This document shows, in pieces, positions 25,726 through 36,894 of a stretch of DNA of 64,000 nt; position 1 is the first letter of the stretch, and each line of letters begins with the position of its first letter. A program made the position numbers and the translations under genes. Location of the stretch: NCBI RefSeq assembly GCF_018350175.1, contig NC_058368.1, positions 116,252,001-116,316,000 on the forward strand. Reading direction: 5' to 3'. Origin of the DNA: Felis catus (taxonomy: Eukaryota). The notes beneath the pieces are model-generated. The model ran no database searches. It was not told the origin of the DNA and worked only from the letters and a program-made list of their open reading frames with translations.

Positions 25726-26160
25726 GTGAGAGGCCCCTCCCTGGGCCCAGGACCAAAAGCCCTGGGTGGGAGGGTCCCAGATCCCCCCTGCGCTTCTTGG
25801 ACTAAGAGCAGCCTAACCTTGGCTCAGACCTCTCAACCCGGGGCCTCAACCCAGGCCTCGTGGGTGAGAAGTGGAGGTAACGGTGAGGGGAGAAGAATGG
25901 AGGGGCCAGAGTTTTGTGAAGGGACGCTCTTGACAGGCACCGTGCCAGGAGCTTTACATGCAGTATATTCTCATTTCATCTTCACAACCATCCGGTGAGG
26001 CAGTACCACAATTAGCCCCATTTTAGTGATGAGAAAACTGAAGCCCAATGAGGGGAACTCTAGTTTTCATAGTTTATCACGGGTAAACCTGGTCAGGGAG
26101 CCCTGGTGTGTCCACCTCCAAAGCCTGTACTCTTACTCGCTGCCTGATCATGTTTTGAAG

Positions 26161-26216
26161 GGTCTGCTCATCCAAGAGAGGCTTCTCACAATGAGGAAGC
26201 CCCGCTGAAGGAACAG
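26161..26216 (+). CDS. SLC4A9: SLC4A9 exon 4
   Basis: acceptor TTTTGAAG|GG; GSAHPREASHNEEAPLKEQ; donor CAG|GTTTGT. Confidence 0.88.
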
Positions 26217-26340
26217 GTTTGTGGTCCTTCCTTGGGCAGGGCTGGGAGAGGAGTCAGGCCTCATTATTAATCACTACCCCACCAAAATCTGCCTTCCCAC
26301 GTAACCACTCATCCATGTGTCTCCTTGAACCCCCATCCAG

Positions 26341-26498
26341 CGTCAGAACCCTCTGAGACGGAAGCTGCCTCCGGGGGCTGAGGCAGGGGCTGTGCTGGCA
26401 GGAGAGTTGGGCTTCCTGGTACGGCCCCTGGGGGCCTTTGTACGACTGAGGGATCCAGTGGTGTTGGGGCCCCTCACTGAGGTGCCCCTTCCCAGCAG
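26341..26498 (+). CDS. SLC4A9: SLC4A9 exon 5
   Basis: acceptor CCATCCAG|CG; RQNPLRRKLPPGAEAGAVLAGELGFL...AFVRL...LTEVPLPSR; donor AG|GTGAGG. Confidence 0.94.
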
Positions 26499-26761
26499 GT
26501 GAGGCTGTGGGGAGTCGGGGGTCCTGGAGCCCAGAAGGATCTCTACTGGGGAGGTGGTTGAGAAGTCTCTGGTTCAGTTCTCTGAGGGGGCATGAGTGGG
26601 GATGGTGCTCAGGGGTCTGGGGAGGGGGTGGTGGTCAGGGCTGCAAAGTAGGTGTGAACATGATGAGTGTATGAATGGGGGCTGGTAGGAAGGTCAGAGG
26701 TCAGGGCTGCCTTGTGGGATAGCAGTCTCTTATTTTCTCTGGCGCCTGGTTCCTCCCTCAG

Positions 26762-26849
26762 GTTTTTCTGCCTCCTCCTTGGTCCCTCCACACTGGGAAG
26801 GGGCTATCATGAGATGGGCCGGGCCATGGCCGTCCTCCTCAGTGACCGG
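26762..26849 (+). CDS. SLC4A9: SLC4A9 exon 6
   Basis: acceptor TCCCTCAG|G; FFCLLLGPSTLGRGYHEMGRAMAVLLSDR; donor CGG|GTGAGC. Confidence 0.94.
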
Positions 26850-27188
26850 GTGAGCTGGGCAGGCAAGCGCGTGCGTGTGTGAGTGTGTGCACGCACGCGC
26901 AGACTTTTGCCAGTGAGAGTGCACACTGTGGCCTCTAGATGTGACTGAATACAGCAATGAGGCAGAGTGTGGCTTTGTGTCTGTGCACATGAGGACTTAA
27001 GTTTTCTTGACTACCAATGTAGCCCCCTTAACTAGGACACTGCTGGCACACGGTAGGCCCCCAATACTCACTGCATGCATGTATTAATGAAGGAATGCTT
27101 GAATGACTTGTGTCTAGCTTTGAGATTGTAAAGATTCGTGTAAAGGACCAGATCGGCATTTACTGCCCCTTTCTGCCCCTATCCCTAG

Positions 27189-27343
27189 CAATTCCAGTGG
27201 TCAGTTCGTCGGGCCAGCAGCCTTCATGACCTTCTGGCAGCCTTGGATGCCTTCCTAGAGGAGGTGACAGTGCTTCCTCCAGGTCGGTGGGACCCGACAG
27301 CCCGGATCGCCCCACCCAAATGTCTGCCTTCCCAGCACAAAAG
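27189..27343 (+). CDS. SLC4A9: SLC4A9 exon 7
   Basis: acceptor ATCCCTAG|CA; QFQWSVRRASSLHDLLAALDAFLEEVTVLPPGRWDPTARIAPPKCLPSQHKR; donor AG|GTATAT. Confidence 0.94.
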
Positions 27344-27536
27344 GTATATGGGGTTCTTCTCCACAGACCTTGGGTCCAGTTCCACTGTTGAGGAGGGGAG
27401 GGGATCCCAGGAAAGGGATACTTACCTTTGGATTCAGGGTCTGCTGGCAGAGATAAGAGCGGCCACCAGGAGGCAGCAGGCCCAGTCACGTTTTGGTTGG
27501 AGATCCTCAGGCAACCTGGGTTCCCCTTCTCTTCAG

Positions 27537-27653
27537 GCTCCTCTCACAACTGAGGGAGGTCAAGGGCCCATCTGCCCAGCATGGGGCCCTGGCTGAGGAC
27601 AGACATGGTCACTGGCCACAGGCGCCCAGCCCAGAGTTACAGCGGACAGGCAG
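27537..27653 (+). CDS. SLC4A9: SLC4A9 exon 8
   Basis: acceptor CTTCTCTTCAG|G; LLSQLREVKGP...SPELQRTGR; donor AG|GTGAGG. Confidence 0.92.
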
Positions 27654-27824
27654 GTGAGGTGAGCTGGGTGAGAGCAGGGGTAAGGGTCCTGGGAGGGGAG
27701 AGAGGTCACAGGGGCACAGAGGTGTATGCTCACGATGGAGGGGCTCAGCCAGTCACAGGGAAGGTAGCAGGGATAGGGGCGTGGGGTGTGGGCACTTGGG
27801 TCACTGACAAACCATGGGTGGGAG

Positions 27825-27999
27825 GCTGTTTGGGGGCCTTGTCCAGGATGTGCGTCGGAAGGCCTTGTGGTACACCAGTGACTTCCTGGACGCGCTGCAT
27901 CCCCAGTGCTTCTCGGCTGTGCTCTACATCTACCTGGCCACCATCACTAACGCCATCACTTTTGGGGGTCTGCTGGGGGAAGCCACCGATGGTGCTCAG
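27825..27999 (+). CDS. SLC4A9: SLC4A9 exon 9
   Basis: [58 protein letters not shown]; atypical purine-rich acceptor GGGTGGGAG|G fixed by phase and homology; donor CAG|GTGAAT. Confidence 0.92.
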
Positions 28000-28157
28000 G
28001 TGAATCGGGAGATGTGAGGGGGGGCAGGCACAAGTTTCAGTATTCTGCTAGCTACCCCTGGGGCAATGGGTGGGCCGTGGAGGCTCCCTGGAAGCTTGGG
28101 TGGCTGTACTGAGGACTCCGGTGTCCTGTGCTGACAGGGTCCTCTGCCGGCTTCTAG

Positions 28158-28291
28158 GGGGTGCTGGAAAGTTTTCTGGGCACTGCAGTGGCTGGAGCTG
28201 CTTTCTGCCTGATGGCTGGCCAGCCCCTCACCATCCTCAGCAGCACGGGGCCAGTGCTGGTCTTTGAACGCCTGCTCTTCTCCTTCAGCAG
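28158..28291 (+). CDS. SLC4A9: SLC4A9 exon 10
   Basis: acceptor [54 protein letters not shown]; donor AG|GTAGGA. Confidence 0.95.
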
Positions 28292-28464
28292 GTAGGAGAA
28301 CGCCCCCACCCTCATCAGACCCTCACTAGCTGCACTCTTGGCCTGATCCTGGCTGGGTCAATAGGGAAGGGAGGGAGCTGTCTGTTTGGCTCCAGGGGTA
28401 CCTAACCTGGGGTAGGTGGGGAGCAGAACAGCCCTGGCAATCCCTGCCTGTCTCACTCCCCCAG

Positions 28465-28727
28465 AGATTACAGCTTGGACTACCTGCCTTTCCGCCTATG
28501 GGTGGGCATCTGGGTGGCCACCTTTTGTCTGACACTAGTGGCCACAGAGGCCAGCGTGCTGGTACGCTACTTTACCCGCTTCACCGAAGAAGGCTTCTGT
28601 GCCCTCATCAGCCTCATCTTCATCTACGATGCTGTGGGCAAAATGCTGAGCTTGACCAGTGCCTATCCCATCCAGAGCCCTGGCTCTCCTGCCTACGGCT
28701 GCTTTTGCCAGTACCCAGACCTGGGAG
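28465..28727 (+). CDS. SLC4A9: SLC4A9 exon 11
   Basis: acceptor CTCCCCCAG|A; DYSLDYLPFRLWVGIW...FTRFTEEGFCALISLIFIYDA...CFCQYPDLG; donor GAG|GTGGGT. Confidence 0.93.
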
Positions 28728-28865
28728 GTGGGTGAGGGGAATACGGAGCTGGAAGAGATGGGGGAGGATGTGGGAGGGGGAGGGGATGTCCCCTTGCTGT
28801 CCCCCTTGTTTAAGTTCAACAAAATCCTGAATACTTTCCCAATGACCAGCAGCACTCTTCCCCAC

Positions 28866-29334
28866 TTTTTTTTTTTTTTAACATTTATTTATTTTGGGGA
28901 CAGAGAGAGACAGAGCATGAACGGGGGAGGGGCAGAGAGAGAGGGAGACACAGAATCGGAAGCAGGCTCCAGGCTCTGAGCCACCAGCCCAGAGCCCGAC
29001 ACGGGGCTCGAACTCACGGACCGCGAGATCGTGACCTGAGCTGAAGTCGGACGCTTAACCGACTGAGCCACCCAGGCGCCCCCCCCCCACTTTTGTTTTG
29101 AATCCATTGAGAAGTAACAGAGCAGGCCCAGTATTATCTTTTTTTTTTTTTTAAGTTTATTTATTTATTTTGAGAAATAGAGCAAGCAGGGAAGGGCAGA
29201 GAGAGAGGGAGAGGATCCCAAGCAGGATCTTCACTGTCAGCGCAGAGCCCAAGATGGTCTCAAAGTCACGAACCACGAGATCATGACCTGAGCCAAAAGT
29301 CAGACACTTAACCGACTGAGCCACCCAGGTGCCC
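28866..29334 (-). mobile_element. Two CanSINEs in SLC4A9 intron 11 (28866-29082 young SINEC_Fc-type; 29139-29334)
   Basis: Reverse-oriented SINE heads, (GA)n tracts, T tails, short TSDs. Confidence 0.92.
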
Positions 29335-30036
29335 CAATATCATCTTTATTTCTGACAGTGCTGATAGAAGAACATGCTTATATCTATGGGGAAACGGGCT
29401 TCCTAACAATGAAACCAAAATTAAATAGATTTACCCACCCAGTCATGGCTGCCCTGGACAGGGACTGTCTTGCCACAGAAGGGCAGAGCTAAGTTGCATG
29501 CACAGGGCAGGCAGCTTATTCCCAAGAGTGGGGAGAGGAAGGGACAGGGAGAGGCATGCTCCATTCCTTCTCTCAAATTCACCAATCAAATAAATTGCGG
29601 CTCTTCCCCTAGTCTGAGTGACTGACCGAGGGGGAGAGCAGCTCAGAGTTTTACACTTGCACATACCCCTGCACAAGGAAGCAGCAGGAATGGGGAAGAA
29701 ATATCTTCTCAAGAGCGCCAGACTCTGTGTTAGGCATGAGCAAAACCAGTTCTGGTCCTGATAGAAACCCACAGATTGGTGTGCTCATCTTTTAAGCAAA
29801 CATTTGCTAGGCATCTGCTCTGGCTGGTCCTATGCCGGGCACCAGGGATACAGAGACGTAAGGAATTGGTAGGGACTGGGAGATGTCCTGAGGAGCACAG
29901 CATTTAGGGTCAGAAGACAGATGAGTCAGAACTAAGAACTTTCTGGTTCAGTTGGATCCATGAGATCAGGCTCCTGAGGGGCTGGAGAAGGTTTCCAGAG
30001 GAGGCACATATACCCAAATTGTTCTCTGCTTCCCAG

Positions 30037-30095
30037 GAAATGAGTCTCAGTGGAAGAAGACAGAACCAAAAGACAGAGGTGACATCTCAAGCATG
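30037..30095 (+). CDS. SLC4A9: SLC4A9 exon 12
   Basis: acceptor CTTCCCAG|GA; GNESQWKKTEPKDRGDISSM; donor ATG|GTGAGG. Confidence 0.9.
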
Positions 30096-30327
30096 GTGAG
30101 GGCCAGTTCCTGGGAGAGTCCTGGGAAAGACATGGTGGAAGCCAAAGAAGTCAGTGGTTCCTGGCTTTTCCCTCCCCACAGGCTAGGGAAACCCTTACAG
30201 TTCACAGAGGCCCAGACATTTGCTGTGGCTGGAGACCTCCTATCCTGGGCCCTTGGTGTCTCAGTGAGTGTCAGTCAATGTTTATTCTGCCACCCATAAC
30301 CCCATACCTGAACACCCTTCCATACAG

Positions 30328-30516
30328 GACCTAGGCCTGGTCAATGCCTCCTTGCTGCCCCCACCTGAGTGTGCCCGACGGGGAGGCCACCCTCGTGGTC
30401 CCGGCTGTCATATAGTCCCAGACATCGCCTTCTTCTCTGTCCTCCTCTTCCTTACTTCTTTCCTCATAGCCACGGCCCTCAAGCATGTAAAGACAAGCCG
30501 CTTCTTCCCCTCTGTG
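30328..30516 (+). CDS. SLC4A9: SLC4A9 exon 13
   Basis: acceptor CCATACAG|GA; DLGLVNASLLPPPEC...PDIAFFSVLLF...KTSRFFPSV; donor GTG|GTGAGT. Confidence 0.95.
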
Positions 30517-30644
30517 GTGAGTGTTACCTCTGTCTGTGGGAGAGTACTGCCTCTTGGCCTTGGGCCCTGTCTGTGAATGGGAAAGGGTAAAGAGGGAGGG
30601 GGCTGGGAGGCCTGAACCTGACCAAGTGTCCACTGTGTGGCCAG

Positions 30645-30758
30645 GTGCGCAAAGTGCTCGGTGACTTCTCCTCAGTCCTGGCCATGCTGCTGGGCTGTAG
30701 CCTCGATTCCTTCCTGGGTCTAGCCACACCAAAGCTCATGGTGCCCAGCGAGTTCAAG
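30645..30758 (+). CDS. SLC4A9: SLC4A9 exon 14
   Basis: acceptor TGGCCAG|GT; VRKVLGDFSSVLAMLLGCSLDSFLGLATPKLMVPSEFK; donor AAG|GTGAGA. Confidence 0.94.
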
Positions 30759-31953
30759 GTGAGAGCTGGGAGTGTAGAACAGAGGGGAGAGCAGGGCCAG
30801 CAGACAGGACTTTGGAGGAGGAAGATGAATGGATACCATGCTTTTCTTCCTCTGAGCTTCCATTTCCTTGCTCATAAAATACAAATAGTAATAATAATGA
30901 CCTCACAGAGTTGTTGTGAGGATTAATGAGGTGTTGCTGCCAACACAGTGGGTACAGAAAACATGGGAGTTATTATTATAAATTAGGGGTTAAGAGGTTG
31001 GGTTCTAGTCAGCCAGCCCTGGGCTCGAGATCCAGTTCTGCCACTTCCTAGCTGTGTGACCTTAGGCAAGCCAACCCACATTTCTCATCAATGAGCCTCA
31101 ATTTATTTACCAGTAAAATGGAAATAATAAATAACAATAGCTGCTACTCTGTAAGTTGTTCTGAGGTTCACAGAAGATGAGTGTAAGTCACTCATCTGGC
31201 ACATACCAAGATCTCAAAAAATGTTACTTATTGTTGTCATAGGTTGGCCCTACCCACCCTACTACTCCGCACTGTCTTCTTTGCACCCCTGTTTGCCGGC
31301 TCTGATCTGCTAAAGCTGGAGCTTCCTCCCAAGGGCACGGCAGCGCACAGGACAAGGCTTAGCACGGACTTAGCATCTAGACTTTGCCTGTGCATTTGGA
31401 GACCTCCTCTCCAGCTTCCCCCAGGACAGGAGAGCAGGGAGACTCCACCTGGGGTAGCCTCAGGGGCTCAGAATCTGAGATGGCAACTGGGGTCCCCTCC
31501 CCGACACAGACGCTTATAATCAGAGCAGACGCAGACACACCCAGCCCTGCCCTGGCCCCAGATCAAGGCAGGTTTGAGCCTGAGTCGCCCCACCCTGGTT
31601 GTAGGGGGCGGGGGGTGCCTAGGGAGGAGGGCTCTGTACATCAAGAAATGTGGGCAGGCCTCACCCACCATCTCCTCCTCTTGCAGGGAGGGAGGGCACC
31701 TGAGAACCAAAATCCAGAGCCCCTGGCTCCAGCCCAACTCCCAGGCTGGTTCCCCTTCTTCTGCCCTCTTTTAAGGCACTGGAATGCTTTCAACCAGTTG
31801 TACATGCACACGTACTGCTCCCACCTACCACCCAGGGTCTTGGAACTGGGGTAAGGGGGTTGGGGGTTATGGAGGAATGCCAAAGCCGGGGTGTGCAGGT
31901 GAGGTGCTCTTGGGAGACCCTCTCTAACTTGTCCACGGAATGCCCTCTCCCAG

Positions 31954-32115
31954 CCCACACTCCCTGGGCGTGGATGGCTGGTGTCACCTTTTGGAGCCAA
32001 CCCCTGGTGGCTGAGTGTGGCAGCCGCCCTCCCTGCTCTGCTGCTGTCTATCCTCATCTTCATGGACCAGCAGATCACAGCGGTCATCCTCAACCGTGCC
32101 GAATATAAACTGCGG
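31954..32115 (+). CDS. SLC4A9: SLC4A9 exon 15
   Basis: acceptor [30 protein letters not shown]...[20 protein letters not shown]; donor CGG|GTAAGA. Confidence 0.95.
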
Positions 32116-32262
32116 GTAAGACCTGCTGGGTAGGACCAGAGGCCCCTAGACCAAGGTACAGAAACTCCAGGGTGGGGTCCAGGCCCTCCCTCTCCCACTC
32201 CAGAGGACAGAGAGCCCAGATCTGGCTTAGTTTCATCCTCGATGCTCCACCACTACCTGCAG

Positions 32263-32441
32263 AAGGGAGCTGGCTTCCACCTGGACCTCTTCTGTGTGGC
32301 TGTGCTGCTGCTGCTCACATCAGTGCTTGGGCTGCCCTGGTATGTCTCAGCCACAGTCATCTCCCTGGCCCATATGGACAGTCTTCGGAGAGAGAGCACA
32401 GCTTGTGTCCTGGGGGAACCCCGCAGCTTCCTGGGCATCAG
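32263..32441 (+). CDS. SLC4A9: SLC4A9 exon 16
   Basis: acceptor CCTGCAG|AAG (NAGNAG); KGAGFHLDLFCVAV...GLPWYVSATVISLAHMDSL...FLGIR; donor AG|GTGAGG. Confidence 0.95.
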
Positions 32442-33205
32442 GTGAGGCCAATATTGAGGAGGCCAGAGTGAGAGATCCGTCAGTAAGGTGGTGTAGGGGA
32501 GTACAAGGCAGAGTGATTTGGACAGCTTAAATTCTAAGCCTCCAGAGGGCTCTCTCACTACTCCATAAGCACTGCAGTGGGGTGAATGGGTGGGTTCCGG
32601 GCTGAGATGGGCATGTCAGGTCTTCCCTCTTCTCCTTGGCCATGGGTGTGGGAGGGCCCGTGGGAGGAGCCTCATGGACACAAAGGCAGAGGCGGCCAGG
32701 GCCAAGGGAGGGTGAGGTGCCACCTAACAAACCACCCCCCCCTGCCCCCCCCCCCCCCCCCCCCCGCCCCGCAAGGTAGGAGTGCCTCACTGATGTTACA
32801 AAGTTACTGTCACAAAAACAATTTTCTAACCGTTGGAAATACAATCCGTGGAAAGTTTGTGAAATCAACTTTGAAACTGTGAAATGAAAGTTTTTATGGC
32901 AGTGTAAAAATCGCTAACGTTGCACCGAAATAAAAAATAAAAACAAAGAGCAACTATGAGCTTGAGCTGACGGAGAGGCCTGGAACATCCCAGCTCAAGT
33001 GCCCTGCCCCTTCCTTTCCACCAATTTTGCACATAATGCTAAGGCCCCCTCCCTGCCAGGCTACTACTGGGGGGGGGGGGGGGGGGGAAGGGCTCTCTCC
33101 ACTTCCCTCCTGCCCGTGCCTTGTAGTGGCGTCTGGTCAGCATCTCCAAGCCAGGCACCCTGGGGGCTCTCCCAGCCCCTAGCTAACTCTTCCCTCACCC
33201 CACAG

Positions 33206-33278
33206 GGAGCAGAGGCTGACAGGCCTGGTGGTGTTCATCCTCACAGGAGCCTCCATCTTCCTGGCACCTGTACTGAAG
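33206..33278 (+). CDS. SLC4A9: SLC4A9 exon 17
   Basis: acceptor [33 protein letters not shown]; donor AAG|GTACCT. Confidence 0.95.
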
Positions 33279-33463
33279 GTACCTTTGTTAGGCTGGCATC
33301 AGGGGCAGGGCAGTAATAATAACAAATACAGCAAGAACTGACACTGGCTAAATACTTACTGTGCACTAGGCACTGTGTTAAGTTTTCTCCACACTTGGTC
33401 TCATTTGATCCTCACGTGAACCCTGAGAGACATACATACTTCACCAATGAGCAAACTGAAGCT

Positions 33464-33473
33464 TGTTTGTTTT

Positions 33474-33523
<50 letters not shown>

Positions 33524-33646
33524 CTTAAGCAGGCTCCACGCCCAGCTCAGAGTGCAACGCAGGGCTGGATCTGACAAGTGTGAGATCACAACCTGGGCCG
33601 AAATCAAGAGTTGGACGCTTAACTAACTAAGCCACCCAGGTGCCCC
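33464..33646 (-). mobile_element. CanSINE in SLC4A9 intron 17
   Basis: (GA)n tract and reverse head; TSD-like AAACTGAAG. Confidence 0.88.
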
Positions 33647-34959
33647 AAGGAAACTGAAGTTTAAAGAGATTAAGTAGCTTACAAAAGGCCACCAAAAGAG
33701 CTAGTTTCTCAGATCTGAGAATCCAAACTCTTACCTGGTGGGTTTTCTACCCAGTGGAGCCGGGTATGGGCACGCTACCATCCCCTATGGGCCAAGAGGT
33801 ATGGCAGTCTTGCTCCAGCCTGCCAACAAACCTCAGACTAACAGTGTGATCATCACATCCCAGGAAAACCTTGAGAAAAACCCCTTCACTTCTCCCTTAC
33901 CAGATGTTTATAGAACACCTGCCATGTGCAAGGCTCTGCTAGGCACTTGGGAGAAGTGGCAGGGAGGAAGGGGAGGCAGGAGTATTGAAAAGAGATATGG
34001 AGCCAAGCCCCTATCAGCAACATACACACATGAACAAAAATTAAGTAATAAGTAATCGTAGAAAGGTTCAACAAGCTAAGGCGAGGACACGGAGAATGGC
34101 ATACAAGAGTCACCAGGGAGGAAAGGTTTGGGGAGGGAAAGGTCATGGAGGCTGGGTGAGAGTAGAGTAGTTGAAAGAGCCAGATAGACTGGATTGGCTG
34201 CTTGCTAACTAGGTGACTCTCATTCAGCAGATATTTACTGAGCATAAACCATATGCTAGGCACTGTTCCAAAGACTGAGGATATAGTGGTGATCAAAAGA
34301 GACCATCCACTGCTTGAAGTCTGGTGAGAAGAGACAGAAAAAAAAATTAAAACAATAAAACAGGAAAATTTCAAATAGTGATTACTTCTAATGAAAAATA
34401 TAAGAGCGTAAGGTGATTAAGAGTGCCAGGGGTCTACTTTAGATTGAAAGGTGTCAAGACACCCCACCACTTCTGGGGTTTCAAGAGATGAGCAGTGAGA
34501 AGCCTGAGTAGTGAGAAGGAAGTCAAGGAAGAACATTTTAGGTAGAGGGAAATAGCAAAGCAAAGCAAAGGCCTTGCAAAGGATAGAAATAAACCTCGGC
34601 ATATTGAGAGAAGGAAAGGAAGCCATATAGCAGGAACAGAGGGAGCGAAGAAGAAAGTGATAGATAAGATAGGAGAAGTAGGCCAGGGAGTGGACAAGTT
34701 AACTTAATCTCTCTGAAACCCATTTCCCCCTTTTGTGAAATGGAAATTATAAAATTTACCTCATCTGACCATCTTGAAGCTTCAGTATCAGGCATGCAAA
34801 GTGGGAAAGGAAGAGAAAGACTTGGGTCGGCTTAGGTGTGGATGCTGGAGGCTGGGGTTGGAGCCTAAGGCTGGGGTGGGGGTGGAGGTGGGGGAGTGTG
34901 GGTCTGGGCAGCTAGCAGAAGTGGACTCCTTTGCCTGCTCTCTACTTTTTTTCTACCAG

Positions 34960-35028
34960 TTCATCCCGATGCCTGTGCTCTATGGAATCTTCCTGTACAT
35001 GGGAGTGGCAGCGATTAGCAGCATCCAG
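34960..35028 (+). CDS. SLC4A9: SLC4A9 exon 18
   Basis: acceptor TTTTTCTACCAG|TT; FIPMPVLYGIFLYMGVAAISSIQ; donor CAG|GTGGGC. Confidence 0.95.
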
Positions 35029-35277
35029 GTGGGCCCATTAGAATCACCAAGCAGTCTCACTCCTCCTCTTCTTTCCTGCTGGTGCCTTCTGCTTATACTT
35101 GCCAAGTCCTCTCCTCTCCTCTTCCTGTCTCTCCTGGGCTCAGGAACTCTGATGCCAGGCTCTGAATGGGGAGGGCGCCAAGGGAGCCTTCTGACTTCCC
35201 ACTCCCGCTGGACTTGGACAGCTAACAGTGACACCCTCCAGGTTGAACACCCTGCTCTCCTCCTCTTATTCCCCTAG

Positions 35278-35451
35278 TTCACAAAGAGGGTACAGCTATT
35301 ATTGATGCCAGCAAAACACCAGCCAGACCTCCTCCTCTTGAGACATGTGCCTCTGAGCAGGGTCCACCTCTTCACAGCTATCCAGCTTGCCTGCCTGGGT
35401 CTGCTTTGGATAATCAAATCTACTCCTGCAGCCATCATCTTCCCCCTCATG
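35278..35451 (+). CDS. SLC4A9: SLC4A9 exon 19
   Basis: acceptor [51 protein letters not shown]...AAIIFPLM; donor ATG|GTAACT. Confidence 0.95.
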
Positions 35452-36055
35452 GTAACTTGGGGCAAGGTTGGGTAATGTCCTGGGGGTCCTGGGAGACTCT
35501 GAGCCTGGGATGGTGGCCAAAGCCTCCACAGGAGAAAGACATTCCCCTCTCACTTGCCCTAGCTCTGGTTGGGAGTTTTAGGACAAAGAAAGATGGCCGA
35601 GAGCTGCCTACAGATAGGTTAGTCTTGGGATACCTGATTCAACTCCATTTTTCTAACCTTTTTGGGCTGATCAACCACAAGCAGGAATATAAAGTCCAAA
35701 AGAAAACTGAGGTCCTGGGAGAGGCAATACAGGCACTTTTATTACTCAGTGAGGTGATAACACAGGTGGCTTCTGGCCTTATTCTTACGCTCTGAGGAAG
35801 TTAAGAGCCATAGGCTTTGTAGTAGGACCAACCACATCCCAGCTATGTGACTTCTGAGAAGTTTCTAAACTCTCAAGGCCTCAGTTTCTTTCTCTATACA
35901 ATGGGAACAATTATATCTACCTCGTAGGAATGTGTTAGCATTAAGTGAAACAATACACAGTGTCTAGTACATAGGAAGTGCTCAACGAATGTTACTGTAG
36001 TTCATGTTTCTGCTGCTATTGCTGACAGCTCTGGGTTTTATTTGCATCCCTGCAG

Positions 36056-36208
36056 TTGCTGGGCCTGGTGGGGGTCCGAAAGGCACTGGAGTGGGTCTTC
36101 TCACCACAGGAACTCCTTTGGCTGGACGAGCTGATGCCAGAGAAGGAAAGGAACATCCCTGAGAAGGGACTGGAGCCAGAGTACTCACTTAGTGGTGACA
36201 CTGAAGAT
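36056..36208 (+). CDS. SLC4A9: SLC4A9 exon 20
   Basis: acceptor CCCTGCAG|TT; LLGLVGVRKALEWVFSPQELLWLDELMPE...GDTED; donor GAT|GTAAGC. Confidence 0.94.
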
Positions 36209-36559
36209 GTAAGCCGCAGGATGGGCCCTCTCAGGAGAAGAGGGCAGGAGTGGGGAGGACCTTCTTGACCAGGAATTATCCCTAAAGTCTAATATTTCTA
36301 TTAAGCCTGAACACAATCACTCCCCTTAGCTCCTCACTGACACAGGTACACCGAAGGGGTGAGGGAAATCTTTCTTTATAGGGCAAGGGCCCTAGTTTAT
36401 CAACCCATGGGATTGGAAAGGTCTGATGACAATTTGGTGGGCTTTTTCAACCTTGATCTTTGTCTCAGTGTGGGTTTATATCCTTTCACTTTCTGGGTCC
36501 CTTTCTCTCTGCTCTGTCTCTGCCTATTCCCAACTCATCTTGGGATCTTTCTTCCACAG

Positions 36560-36613
36560 TCAGAGCTGATGTATCAGCCAAGGGCTCCAGAAATCAACAT
36601 CTCTGTGAATTAG
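36560..36613 (+). CDS. SLC4A9: SLC4A9 exon 21 coding part with stop
   Basis: acceptor CTTCCACAG|TC; SELMYQPRAPEINISVN then TAG; probable donor GAG|GTGAGG at 36663/36664. Confidence 0.93.
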   Translation, partial: SELMYQPRAPEINISVN

Positions 36614-36859
36614 CTGGAGTAGGAGGAATTTGGGAGTAGAGACTCCAGGAAACTGAGCATGAGGTGAGGATGTGAGGGAAGTGCCCCTGTAGTCAGGGAT
36701 GGGGAAGTGTGCGCTCAGACCTTGGAAACTTCCAGTGTGCTGACTAGCCTGTTTTGCCTTCATGTTCCAGTCCCTCATGAACCCCAAAGTAGAGGAGGGA
36801 ATAGAACCGTCTCCCCAGAGGGAAGAATGAAATAAGCCAGGGTACCTGGGCTTGGCTCC

Positions 36860-36894
36860 CTGCGGCACTGAAGTCTGGCCAGTAGAGGGAGCTG
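36860..36894 (+). promoter_or_regulatory. Candidate CTCF site
   Basis: TGGCCAGTAGAGGGAGCTG at 36876-36894 matches the CTCF core; preceded by the upstream-motif-like TGCGGCACT with a 6-bp spacer. Confidence 0.5.

Noticed and set aside
31641..32198. 185-aa minus-strand ORF and other antisense ORFs over SLC4A9
   Set aside because: Antisense to coding exons in GC-rich sequence; no independent gene signals.
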